Assembly (NCBI GenBank): GCA_026025075.1
Contig: JAPEUI010000146.1
Span: forward strand, 1 to 36,215
Direction of reading: 5' to 3'
Length of the DNA stretch: 36,215 nucleotides
DNA from: Vezdaea acicularis
Lineage: Eukaryota
In this document: positions 1 through 10,185 of the stretch, piece after piece
How the letters are laid out: every line of letters begins with the position of its first letter
How positions within the stretch are numbered: the first letter of the stretch is position 1
Program-made: the position numbers and the translations under genes
Notes under the pieces: generated by a model
Database searches by the model: none
What the model was told of the DNA's origin: nothing
What the model saw: only the letters and a program-made list of their open reading frames with translations

Positions 1-13
1 CTTTCGACCTTTT

Positions 14-46
14 CCCCCCCCCCCCCCCCCCCCCCCCCTCCCCCCC
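14..46. repeat. Poly(C) tract (C25-T-C7) within the presumed ras2 intron
   Basis: Directly visible homopolymer. Confidence 0.9.
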
Positions 47-248
47 AAAAGCTGCAGCTTGCCTGGTTCGAAGCAGGCCAGGCCGGTGAAAGCAATCGTG
101 CCCAAGAGGGAGGCGGTATTTGGAGAGAGGGGCGCGTGGAGGGGGAGGGGAGTGGGGGGTTGGATGGTGACACGGGGGTTTTCATTATTGCTTCAACTTT
201 TCCACGCACATGTGCTGACCGCGGTGCTTGCTGCGCTCTTCTCTCTAG

Positions 249-935
249 CTCTGCCTGAACCACTTCGTCGAGACGTACGACCCCACGATCGAGGACTCGT
301 ACCGGAAACAGGTCGTCATCGACGGCCAGTCGTGCATGCTGGAGGTGCTCGACACGGCGGGGCAGGAGGAGTACACGGCGCTGCGCGACCAATGGATACG
401 GGACGGCGAGGGCTTCGTGCTGGTGTACAGCATCTCGTCGCGCTCGTCCTTCACGCGCATCCAGCGCTTCCACCACCAGATCAACCGCGTCAAGGAGTCG
501 TCCAGCCTGGGCTCCAGCTACGCCGGCTCGCCCCTCATGAACTCGCCCACCTCCCTCTCCTCCACCGCCGCCATCGCCCCCGTCCCCGTCATGCTCGTCG
601 GCAACAAGAGCGACCGCGTCACCGAGCGCGAGGTCTCCACCCAGGAGGGCCACGCCCTCGCCAAGGACCTCGGCTGCGAGTTCGTCGAGGCCTCCGCCAA
701 GAACTGCGTCAACGTCGAGAAGGCCTTCTACGACGTCGTCAGATTGCTCCGGAAACAGCGCCTGATGAACGGCCGCGGCCCCGGCGATCGTCGAGGCACC
801 GGCTTCGGCGGAGGCCCGCCGTATGGTGGGGGCGGCGGCGGCGGCGGTGGCGGTGGCGGCGCTGACGACAGGGACAAGCCGTCGGCCGGCAAGATGTATA
901 TCAAGAAACACCGGACGCGGTGTATCATACTATGA
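249..935 (+). CDS. ras2: Ras-family small GTPase, Ras2/RasB type (last exon; upstream exon lies outside the window)
   Basis: After branch GCTGAC (~214) and acceptor TAG (246-248) the frame reads LCLNHFVETYDPTIEDSYRKQ (effector loop), DTAGQEEY (G3), NKSD (G4), EASAK (G5), ending in polybasic KKHRTR plus CaaX box CIIL. The G1 P-loop exon is not in the window. Confidence 0.96.
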   Translation, partial: LCLNHFVETYDPTIEDSYRKQVVIDGQSCMLEVLDTAGQEEYTALRDQWIRDGEGFVLVYSISSRSSFTRIQRFHHQINRVKESSSLGSSYAGSPLMNSPTSLSSTAAIAPVPVMLVGNKSDRVTEREVSTQEGHALAKDLGCEFVEASAKNCVNVEKAFYDVVRLLRKQRLMNGRGPGDRRGTGFGGGPPYGGGGGGGGGGGGADDRDKPSAGKMYIKKHRTRCIIL

Positions 936-1142
936 ATATCTTTCTTTCCATCCACCGGGCACGAAAGACGGCATTCGGCGCAGATGCTCTCTCTCGACGA
1001 CAGCCAACCACACACACCCACACACACAATAAAAAGCCTGCATTCTACCTACGCCGATGTGCTAAAATAATACTATACATTTTTTCTCTCCCGAACACTC
1101 TTCCAACCGACCCCCGTGCCTCTCTCCCTCTTCCTCTCCCTC

Positions 1143-1245
1143 TCTCACAAAAACTCTCTTACTCACAAACTCTTCTCACTTACAAACTCTCTTACTCACA
1201 AAATCTCTCACTCCCAAACTCTCTTAATCATTCTCTCACTCTCTC
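1143..1245. repeat. Degenerate CT/CA-rich repeat (unit approx. AAACTCTCTTACTCAC) between the convergent ras2 and OST3 3' ends
   Basis: AAACTCTCTTACTCACAAA occurs twice, with further degenerate copies. Confidence 0.7.
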
Positions 1246-1252
1246 ACCCTCT

Positions 1253-2487
1253 CTAGAACGGCGGCAGCCAGAACGGATACCCGCCATTCTTGATCCGGAA
1301 CGTGCTCAGCAGGAAGCTGTACGTGCCCAGCATGACGGCGCTCCAGAGCCAGACGGCGACCTGCTGGCGGCGCGGATCGGCCATCCGTGGAACCTTGAGC
1401 GCGAGCGTGATGGTCGCAAAGGAGAGGAGGCCATCTGCAACCCCACGTATCAGCATATTTTTCTAGTTTTTTTGCAAAAACAAACAAGCCCCTTTGGCAG
1501 AAAGAAGGGGGGGGGGAAGGGCCTAAATCGTACATATGGCGGCGATGATCTGCGTCTCCAGCCCGAACTGATTCGAGAAGCCGCCGGCGAAGAAATCGCG
1601 GCCGTCACCGCCGACATACGGCACCTTCCGGATATGGTTGAACATGTGTCCGCTCGTGAAGAGCAGGATGAGGATGAGCGAGACGGCGGCCCACAGGTTG
1701 CGGTTCTGGATCAGCGGGAGGAGGTAGGGCGCGGCGACGCTGAGGAAGGTGAGCAGGCCCAGGCCGATGGTCGTGATGGTGATGAGGCGGACGTAGTTGA
1801 AGGGCCGGACGATGGGGGGTTTCGGGGCGGCGGCGGGCAGGTGCCGCGATACCCACGCGTGCGTCTTGTCGACTGAGGGGGGGCCGGTCGAGAAGTCGAA
1901 CCGCAGTGGCTGGTTCTCGAGGACGGCGTAAGGGCCGATGCTGGGTTGGAAGAGAAGGAGCACGGGCGCGGTTTGGAGGTTTAGCTGGAGAGATGACCGG
2001 TTTTTCATTAGCACATCTCTCTTCGTTTAGGGGGGCTGAGGGGGTTTTGTATCCTCCGGGGGCGTTCATGTCTAGGCTTCTTTCTCTTTTAGAAAAAAAA
2101 GGGGAAGGGGGAGTATTCTCGTACCCTCTGAAACGCATTCTTCCCATCCACAAAGTCCAACGTCCCGAACACCAGCGCGCTCTCCCCCCTCTTATCCCCC
2201 CTAAGCCAGCTCTTGGCCAGCAAGTCCCATTCCGGCTGGAACTCTCGGCAGAGCTGACACTGGAAGCGGGGCTCGAGAGCGGTGAGCAGAATGGCGGCGC
2301 TGAAGTTGCGCGCGCCGGACGTCAGGTCCTCGTAGGACGCATCGTCCAGGCGGAGGGGCGTCTTGCTCAGGGCTTGCGAGTGGAAGTGCTGGAATCGCGA
2401 GTTGTCGTCGGAGGACGCTTTGGCTGCGAGGACACCGGAGGAGACGAAGGGAATGATGGCAATTGAGAGGAGAGTAGGAAGATGCAT
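1253..2487 (-). CDS. OST3: Oligosaccharyltransferase subunit OST3/OST6 (TUSC3/MAGT1 family), ~331 aa; exons 2487-2125, 1984-1534, 1434-1253
   Basis: Signal peptide MHLPTLLSIAIIPF, thioredoxin-like CQLC motif, FGTLDF, LFTSGHMFNHIRKVPY, QFGLETQI and C-terminal FRIKNGGYPFWLPPF. GTACGA donors, CAG acceptors; spliced length 996 nt is in frame. Confidence 0.95.
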
Positions 2488-2814
2488 CTCGTTGAGAAGC
2501 AGAGCCGTCGCTGAGAGCCTGCGATTGAGGATCAGTAGAGTCGCTGGTCTGGATTGAGGCTTTGAAAGCTCATGATGCTCGAGCAAAGTGGTGTGGCCTC
2601 TTCGCTTAAAAGGGCCGCGGCGGTGATTGGTGGGATGTCGGATGTTCGCTGCGCTAGGCGGTTCTCGGTTTGTTTACCTGCGTCTCTTTCTAGCGCGATA
2701 CACACAAGCACCACCATGATCATTCGCATCTCGACATCATCTCCTGTCGCATTTCATCGCAATTGAGTCGTGACGCCCTGCTGGAAGCTTGGGGTTTCTT
2801 TGAGGTCTTTCACC

Positions 2815-4610
2815 ATGGCGCTGCTCAGCGATAAAGCGGAAACAGAAATGGTAGGGACCGCAAAAACCTTTCTTCGTCAAGTGTGCGCCTCTACTAACAA
2901 ACGTCCATACAGTTCCACCAATCCCTCAAAACGCAGCAACTGCTACTCGCCTACGAAGAAGCATGCCACGACCTGACGCAAACCTACGCCGCGGAAGAGA
3001 ACCGGCGCCTACGAACACACATCCTGCTGCAAGAAGACGAAAGCGACGAGCTCCGCGAGCAATTGAGCGACGCCGACGCCTCCCTCGACGCCCTCGAGCT
3101 CGCCGCGGAAGAGAGCGACGAGATCATCACCGGCCTCTCCACCGACCTGCAACACCTCCAAAAAGCTTTTCACCGCCAGACCCACGAGCTGGAAACCCTC
3201 CGCATCGAGAACCACTCCCTCACCAGCTCCAGCAGCTCCTCCACCAAACTGCTCACCGAGAAACTAGCGCTCACGCGTGAGCTCGCGGCGCTCAAACCCG
3301 AGCTCGAACACCTCCGCTCCCAAACGTCCTCGAACGCGCGTCTCCTCGCCGAGAAATTGTCGCTAGAGCGTCAGCTGTCGACGCTACAAGTCGAGCTGGA
3401 GACGGAGAAACGCGCGACGGCGCGCGCGCTCGCGAGGGGAGGGAAAGCCGCGGAGAACGATATTCAGCTCGAAGACGAGATCGAGCGGCTCAGGACCGAG
3501 TTGGCGAGGGAGAAGCGCGAGCGGGCCCGCGCGGAGAAGGAGGCTACTGCTGGCAGTGGAGCGTGGGAGTCGAGAAAAGCCGTGCTGGAAGGCCGCGTCG
3601 AGGCGTTGAAGACGAAACTCCGCTCCACCAAAGAGGCCCTCGCTGATGCACGCGCCGAGCTGCAGAAAGCACAGGCAGCAACAGTAGCCCGTCCTACAAC
3701 CACCGACAATCTCGCCCCGCGCAATCCTCGGAAACGTCCTGCAGCGGCTGCTATACCGATGGACGATATAGCAATCGGCACCCCCGACGGCCTCACCGCT
3801 GCCAGAAGGGGCCCAGCCGCGAAAAAACGCAAAGCCGATGCTGGGGTTGGGGATAAGAGCGTCTTCTCCATCACCCCCTTCTTGAACCGCACGATGAGTC
3901 TTGCGCCCGAGAGTCCCGTCCGTGAAGACCGTCCGGTCGAGTCCAACGGACTAGCAGAAGCTGAAGCCGAAGTCGACGCACATGCCCCCGCTCCCGCCGA
4001 AGAACAAGGAGAGATCGAACAAGCCACACCCTCCGCCCCACCAGAGTCAGTAACGAGACTGAAACCGGCTCGACGAGCTCCCACCCTCCCGAAAGCGACC
4101 CCTCTCACCCTCTCCAACCCCGGCACGCTCAACGCCGGCGGGCTCAAGAAACGTGGCAGGCCGAGGAAGGTCCAGATTCATACCTCCTCGACTCTTGATA
4201 ACGTCGTCGAGGAGAAGGAAAATGATGAGGATGTTTCTCCTGATACCATCGGTGCGTCCGCTGGAGCTACGGCTGCAGTGCCAGCGATAAAACCACCAGC
4301 TGCTGTAGAAGAATCATCACAACCGGCGGTAGTAGCGGTACCTAATCCCCTCGAACCCCAGCAAAAGAAAAAGAAAAGGAAACTCCTCGGCGGCCCTATC
4401 CCCGGTGCAGCGCTTAGCAAAACCCTCTTCAACGACGATGAAGAAGCCGAGCTAAGCAAACCTACTGCCATAAAGGACGTTTTTGCACGGGGGGGGAGAA
4501 CCGCGCTGGGTGGTGTGCAGAAGGCGGGAATGCTGGGAGCTGTGGGCGGGATGGGGGCGTTCGGGGCGTTTAGTCCGCGGAAGAGGGAGAAGAGGGGGGG
4601 TGCGGCGTAA
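2815..4610 (+). CDS. Coiled-coil protein with AT-hook-like and NLS-like motifs, ~577 aa; possible monopolin Lrs4/Mde4-like; exons 2815-2850, 2913-4610
   Basis: CACCATGG start; intron 2851-2912 with TACTAAC branch and CAG acceptor. Long heptad-rich N-half, then KSVFSITPFLNRT, KKRGRPRK and KKKKRKLLG. The functional assignment is inference. Confidence 0.8.
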
Positions 4611-4664
4611 GGGGTAGGAGGTTTTTGTCTTTTGTCTTTTATCTTGGGGTCCGGAGGTGGCGAG

Positions 4665-4792
4665 GAGATGGGGAGATGGGGAGATGGGGAGATGGGGAGA
4701 TGGGGAGATGGGGAGATGGGGAGATGGGGAGATGGGGAGATGGGGAGATGGGGAGATGGGGAGATGGGGAGATGGGGAGATGGGGAGATGGG
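4665..4792 (+). repeat. Tandem repeat (GAGATGGG)x16
   Basis: 16 perfect 8-bp copies plus degenerate copies to ~4812, starting ~55 nt after the stop at 4610. Confidence 0.97.
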
Positions 4793-5951
4793 GAGGAGAT
4801 GGGCGGATGGGGAAAGCATTTCCATGCCCATCTCGATGGATTACTGGACTTCTACCACGCTACACAGCTCGTACGCGAGCGAGGGAGGGGGGCAGTACCG
4901 AGCCTGATCGATCTTGTAGCTTGTAGACAAATACAATATCAAGCAAATCAAGCTCTCAAGCAAAGTCAGGGGTGTAACCGATATTCAAAATTCTCCCTCT
5001 CCTCGACCGCTGAAAAGATCCCAGCAGCATCATCGCGCCGGTATGATACGCGTACAAAAGCAGGGACAGCAACTAGTACAATCCGTGTCCAAGAACCAAT
5101 AAAACACACATTATTCCCCGCCCCACTTTCTAGGAAACGATGAGAGAGAGTGAGTGAGAAAGGAAGGTAGGATAGGGTTAGATGCGAGCACCACCACCAC
5201 CATCACCGATGGGGCCAACCAGCGCCAGCACCAGCGCCAGTGAATCCAGGGGAAGTCACAGATCGACGCAAAACAATACAAGAAAACAGATCAGGTGGTG
5301 GTACTGAGTACAGACAAAATTCAACCCAAGCCCAGCCTAGCTAGTCAGGAATGGGTGGTGGACAACCCAAGATGATATTCTCCTGAGCGCTGCCGCTAGA
5401 AGAAAGTATAGAAGGAGGATTGTCTCGATATGAGAGGCGTGGAGAACGCGCTTTGTTGGAGAAGAAGAGAAGAAATAGGGTTCAAGGGTTGGACGGGCGG
5501 CGAGACGAGTGATTGCGCTAAGTGGTTCCTGAGGAGGTTGTAGGGCAACGCGTAGGAGTCAGATTGGGTGGGGTGGACGAATTGAGCCAGGGGTTGGAAA
5601 TGATGTTTATTCTCTCTAGAGATAAAAGGACAGCCAGCATTGTGATCGCGCCGCTACGCGTACAGGAACCAGAAGTACAGATGAGCCCCAGAACAAAAAC
5701 TTCGCAGACTCGCTTTCTAGAATAAGAAAAAGGGGGAACTTCAAAGCTTGCAACTGCCAGCGCCAGTCGTTCCGGACGCCGACGCTGGGGGAAAGGAGGA
5801 GAGGAAGAGGCGCGCGAAGAGAAAGAAGGACGTAGCCAGGAAGAAAAAAGGAGATCCTCCCAAAGAAAGACCGACAACACCTTGCTCGCAGACAAAAAAT
5901 TTTCACAAATTGGGATTCACCGTGCTAGGGGAGGAGAGGATGTGTGAGCGA

Positions 5952-8607
5952 TCAGCCGTCGAAGAAGAAGCCTTGAATCTGGGAAAAAGCGGCGACGAAG
6001 AGTTTCTTATCATTGGCGCTCGAAAACTCAATCTTGACGCTGGTGATCATCTTGATGGAGGGGAGTTTGGGGGATTCCATGTGCGACTTTGATTTCTGGG
6101 AGGCGCCGTCGACGTCTTGGACGGGGACGCGGAGACCGCGGAGTTTGACGATGTTGTTGGCGCGTTCCGAGAGGCGGACGCGGCGTTTCGTCGAGTTGAC
6201 TGAGAGGGGTGAGTCAGCTTGCGTTTCTTGTGCATGGGAAGAAAAAGGAAGGTGGGGGGGCGTACTGTAGAAGCCGAGATAGCCGTCTCGGAATTGGGGC
6301 TTGTAGTGCAGCATCAGCCATACGCCATCGCTGTCGAGATCTTGCCAGAGCCGCAGGTTCTCCAGACCGCAGATGTGTTGCTGGTACCCAAAGGTGTTCT
6401 GGTAGACCAATGCACCGACGATGCCACTAGCCGTTCTTATCGTCCTGTTTGTCTTTACCGTCAGAAGTAGGGTCCGACCCATCAACGCACTTTGAAAGTC
6501 GTTGGCTTCTGTAGAGTGCGTCAGCTGCTGCTGCTGCTTAGGAAGATCCGGCTTTCAGACGTACCTTGCTCACTACTAAATTCATATGCAACCCAATTCG
6601 TCTGGATCGCGTCGGACGTCTTTGCAGAATGCGTCACGCCGTAGAACTTCACTTCGCTCGCCACCCGCACGAAGACCTTGGTGTTCGAGCCCCAGATCGT
6701 GTACGGTATGATGTCTTCTCCATCATTTACTGTCTCGGAATAAGAATCAGCGACGTGGTCTCCATAGAACGTTGGAAGCCTTACGTTCTTGCTCCATTCT
6801 CACGCTCTGATCGTCGCTAAACACCCAGACGCTGGTCTTGTATACTACATTGTCACCGCCGTGTGTCACCTTCTTCCTTAGCAGGAGGATCTGGCATTGT
6901 GACGCGGCAGACACCATCTCGTTGACCTCGTCGTCTTCTTTATGCACATACGACACACCGATCCCGTTTGCGTCCGACAGCGTGATGGTATCGCGGAAGA
7001 GCTCTTTCTTGAAAGCACGGTATTGGCTAGCGCTGGTTGTCGACCTCTGCAGTTTACTCTCCCCAGGCTCACCCCCGGCATTAGGAATGATAGAAAATAA
7101 GAATGGCTGCGTCTCTTCGTCTTCCTCGTCAAGAGTATCGAAACCTTTGTCTTCGGGAGGAATGGCTGGAGGTGGCAGGGCGGTGAAATATCCCGAGTTG
7201 CGGGAGCTTATGAACGAGTTGGGGGAGCTGGGAGCGGTGGTATTGGGAGACTGGTGTTGATCAAGGGCGCCGAAGCTGCGGGCACGGGACACTGTACTGC
7301 CTCTCGTACTGTTCGTTAGATTCGGGCTGTCGATGGAAGGGGTCTGGGCGTGGTCCTCATTGTGCGCCTTTTCGGCAGGAGACCTTCCAAGGCTGCCAGA
7401 TGCAGCCTTACGTAGCGTGACTGCGTTTCTGTTACAATGTCAGAATGCTGTTCTTTTATTTCTGTTCGTGAAGCAACTTGTGAGATGTAATCTATGAGCG
7501 GGCTTGCTGGTGATATGAGAGCAAAGATCATATTTGAGCTCATCGCTGGTCTGAACGAAATTGCGATGAACTTACTGAAGCCGTGTCTCGATTGAAGTGG
7601 CCCCTCCTGTATTTCTCTTGATAAAGGAATTTGTCTTTGGATCACTCTCCGGTTCAGGGGCCTTAGAGGGTGTGTCATAGGGCACGCTTTCAGCGCGTAT
7701 TCGGGGAGAGCTGCTATAGGACTCTAGAGAAGCCTGCCGGGAAAGGCTGGTCACAGCGGCTTGCCGTTGATTTGCCAGCTTTGTCACCATCCTGTACAAC
7801 ACATCCATCTTGTCTGAGACATCCCCCTTCAAGAGATCGTGCACCTCGTCAGCCATGGGGGCAATGATTCTTTCCAAGTGCTCCTCGGATTGACTAACAA
7901 AAAGGCACCACATTAGCCCTGAAGTTGCCAGGTTCATCGGGTAAAGAGGTTGGCTATGGGCCCGCGCTCATCTGAGGATAACACCAAGAGAACGCATTCG
8001 AGAGGCCACTGCGCGACATACCATCAACCTCGAAGCTCGACGTGCGTCGACACCTCCCCAATCGGCGAGCAAGGTAAAGTTTCACTAGATAAAGGAAAAT
8101 GCTGGATTATATACCTTTGCAGAGTCTTCGTGGTAAGGTCGATGGCCTCCACGTGGATGCGTAGCATGTCTCGGAACATTTCAGTGTTTCCCGGACCGCC
8201 CCGTCCACCTTGATAGTATTTAAAGCCTTGTGATCCGTAGCGCCTTAGCAACGGCGAAGATCGTGGTGAAGTGACAAGTATGCCGAGGTCCTGCAACGTC
8301 TGACAGCAGCAGAACATGACCTTGGTGATACCGGTAATGACATCTTGATCAACTTGGTCAAGCACCTTTCCGTTGCTTTCGACAGCATCCGCAAACAGCT
8401 CGAGCGACGGGGCTAGCTTATTGAGCTCGGGTTCGACATCCTCTATGAATTCTGCGGATACCCCTCCTCGTCCTTCGGCGAAAGCATAAGCAACCTTAAG
8501 TATCGTTAGCGACGCAAGCGAGTTCCGCTATGCGGGAAGTTTACCTCGCGGGTTAAGTGGGACATCATCCATATGTCGCCGACATTAGGCTCAATCAGAG
8601 CCACCAT
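5952..8607 (-). CDS. Uncharacterised ~686-aa protein with HeLo/SesA-like helical N-terminus and putative tandem PH-like C-terminus; exons 8607-8545, 8494-8115, 7893-7576, 7428-6785, 6729-6565, 6508-6266, 6199-5952
   Basis: Six GT-AG introns with CTRAY-type branch sites join the separate ORF pieces into one 2061-nt open frame. N-terminus: MVALIEPNVGDIWMMSHLTREVAYAFAEGRGGVSAEFIEDVEPELNKLAPSLELF. Confidence 0.8.
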
Positions 8608-10185
8608 GGTGCCCGTCTGTAGGATGTTCTGGTGAATCCGTGGTTCGATCGGTGTTCCTTATGCGAGAGTGTGTCGGAGTCGAGTGGGAAGTCTGTGGTA
8701 GGCGTCGTCAATATAGACCTGGATGACAGTCACCCCCCCCACACGATCCGGCCAGCCGTCATGCGCGGAAGATTGAATGATCCGCGCCGAGTGTTATTGC
8801 AGTCCAACCATTAATTCTCCTGAGAAATGCAGTGTGGACAGAGTCGATTTGACCGCACGACGCGGCCCTCGAGGACTGTGATACGCTACCAGAGCGTGCA
8901 GAGCGTGCAGGAAAGCCAGCGTTGATTCGAGGCCTTGGTCCGGGACGGACGTTAATAGTTCCCCCTGCGGACCGGTGGCTGCCGCGCCGTGGCTCCGAAA
9001 AAGAAATAGACAGTTCCGACGCTGTGCCACGAGCAGCGACAGCGTCTATAGCTCGAAATGCGAAAGCAGGTTGCCGGGTCCGTAGCCAGTGGCTATAATG
9101 CCATCCTGTTCGAGTCCATGGAAAAGGGTCTCCCCAACGGTGCCGCGAGCCAGACGTCCAGCACCGTCGAGAGATGTCGTGGGGGACCCGCCTCTTAGCA
9201 CCCTCCTAAGCTGCGGCAACCTAGACAAGGGCCGGGTCCGCGTCACCACCACTTGGGCCGATCCGGGTGCCATGTGCGCAGTTAGGACCGTGCGATTGGC
9301 GCCAATGCGTGGAACGGTCTCACGGGGTGTCTCTGGTCCGTCGTGGTCGGGGAGTGTGCCCGTTGCGCCTCATGAAGGCGATCGTTCTTGCGGATGCCCC
9401 CGTCCAACGTCCACAATCGCAGCGGAGGGGCCAAGCGTCGGCTACGAGGCGATGGAGATGAGAGATCACGCAACAACGGCGGAATCAGTTGTGCTCGCAC
9501 AGCATGAGCGCCTGTGCGATCGATCCCTCGACGGCCGGCTTGACTGCGTCACACGAGCCTCTCTCTTTCTCTCCTCTCTCTCTCTGTGTATATGTATGCA
9601 TATGTCGACCGATGGGTGCGCGTCCCCACTCGCTCCTAAAACGGTCCAATTGCTTTTCTCGGAGAGTTCGGGATCCAGCTCGACGGTTTAGACTTATCGA
9701 TAGCCATGGTTGCTCTGATGCCTGGCAGAAACGTGTCGACTCGTGTGGAGCATGCGATGTCGACTCGCAACGACATTCACGGGTCGGTGGATAAGAGTTG
9801 AGCCTAGGCTGGAATAGTAAGGCGAAGAAAGTCGGCTGTAATTGGAGGGATGGAACTGGTGCAGGCCGTGGTCAAAGTGTTGCGATATGTAACGCGTTCT
9901 CATGGGTGAAGGTCGATGATGCCTTGGCGCAGTGGTTAGCATGCATAGGAAATACAATTCCGGGAGATTCGTTCGATACCTGGGAGACTGATCATGCAAA
10001 TCGGATCAATCATCTTCGCGACGCAAAAGAATGCCCCCCCCGCCCGTACCCGCTACCGAGCTCGGCGCGGCGACAATGTAGCATTTTCTGGCGGAGCAAC
10101 TTCCGTCAACTACACGCCCCCTTCGAGATCGACTCCGACCCTCCTCCTCCTCGAACCCTCCACACCAGGAACGCTCCCGTCTTAG

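Noticed and set aside
920..1876. 318-aa plus-strand ORF, and similar long ORFs at 59-865, 1906-2466, 3464-4147, 20993-21433, 27450-27929
   Set aside because: Antisense or alternate-frame shadows of GC-rich real genes (ras2, OST3, coiled-coil gene, sim3, SCP2); no independent protein features.
4625..5143. ORFs with WGDGEMGR / PHLPISPS repeats; possible CRISPR or telomeric array
   Set aside because: Translations of the 8-bp tandem repeat. No spacers, and the unit is not the TTAGGG-type telomere repeat.
5173..5182. TAGGGTTAG (reverse CTAACCCTA), resembling a telomerase RNA template
   Set aside because: Single 9-mer in a likely 3' UTR; no supporting pseudoknot or CR4/5 elements recognised; expected by chance.
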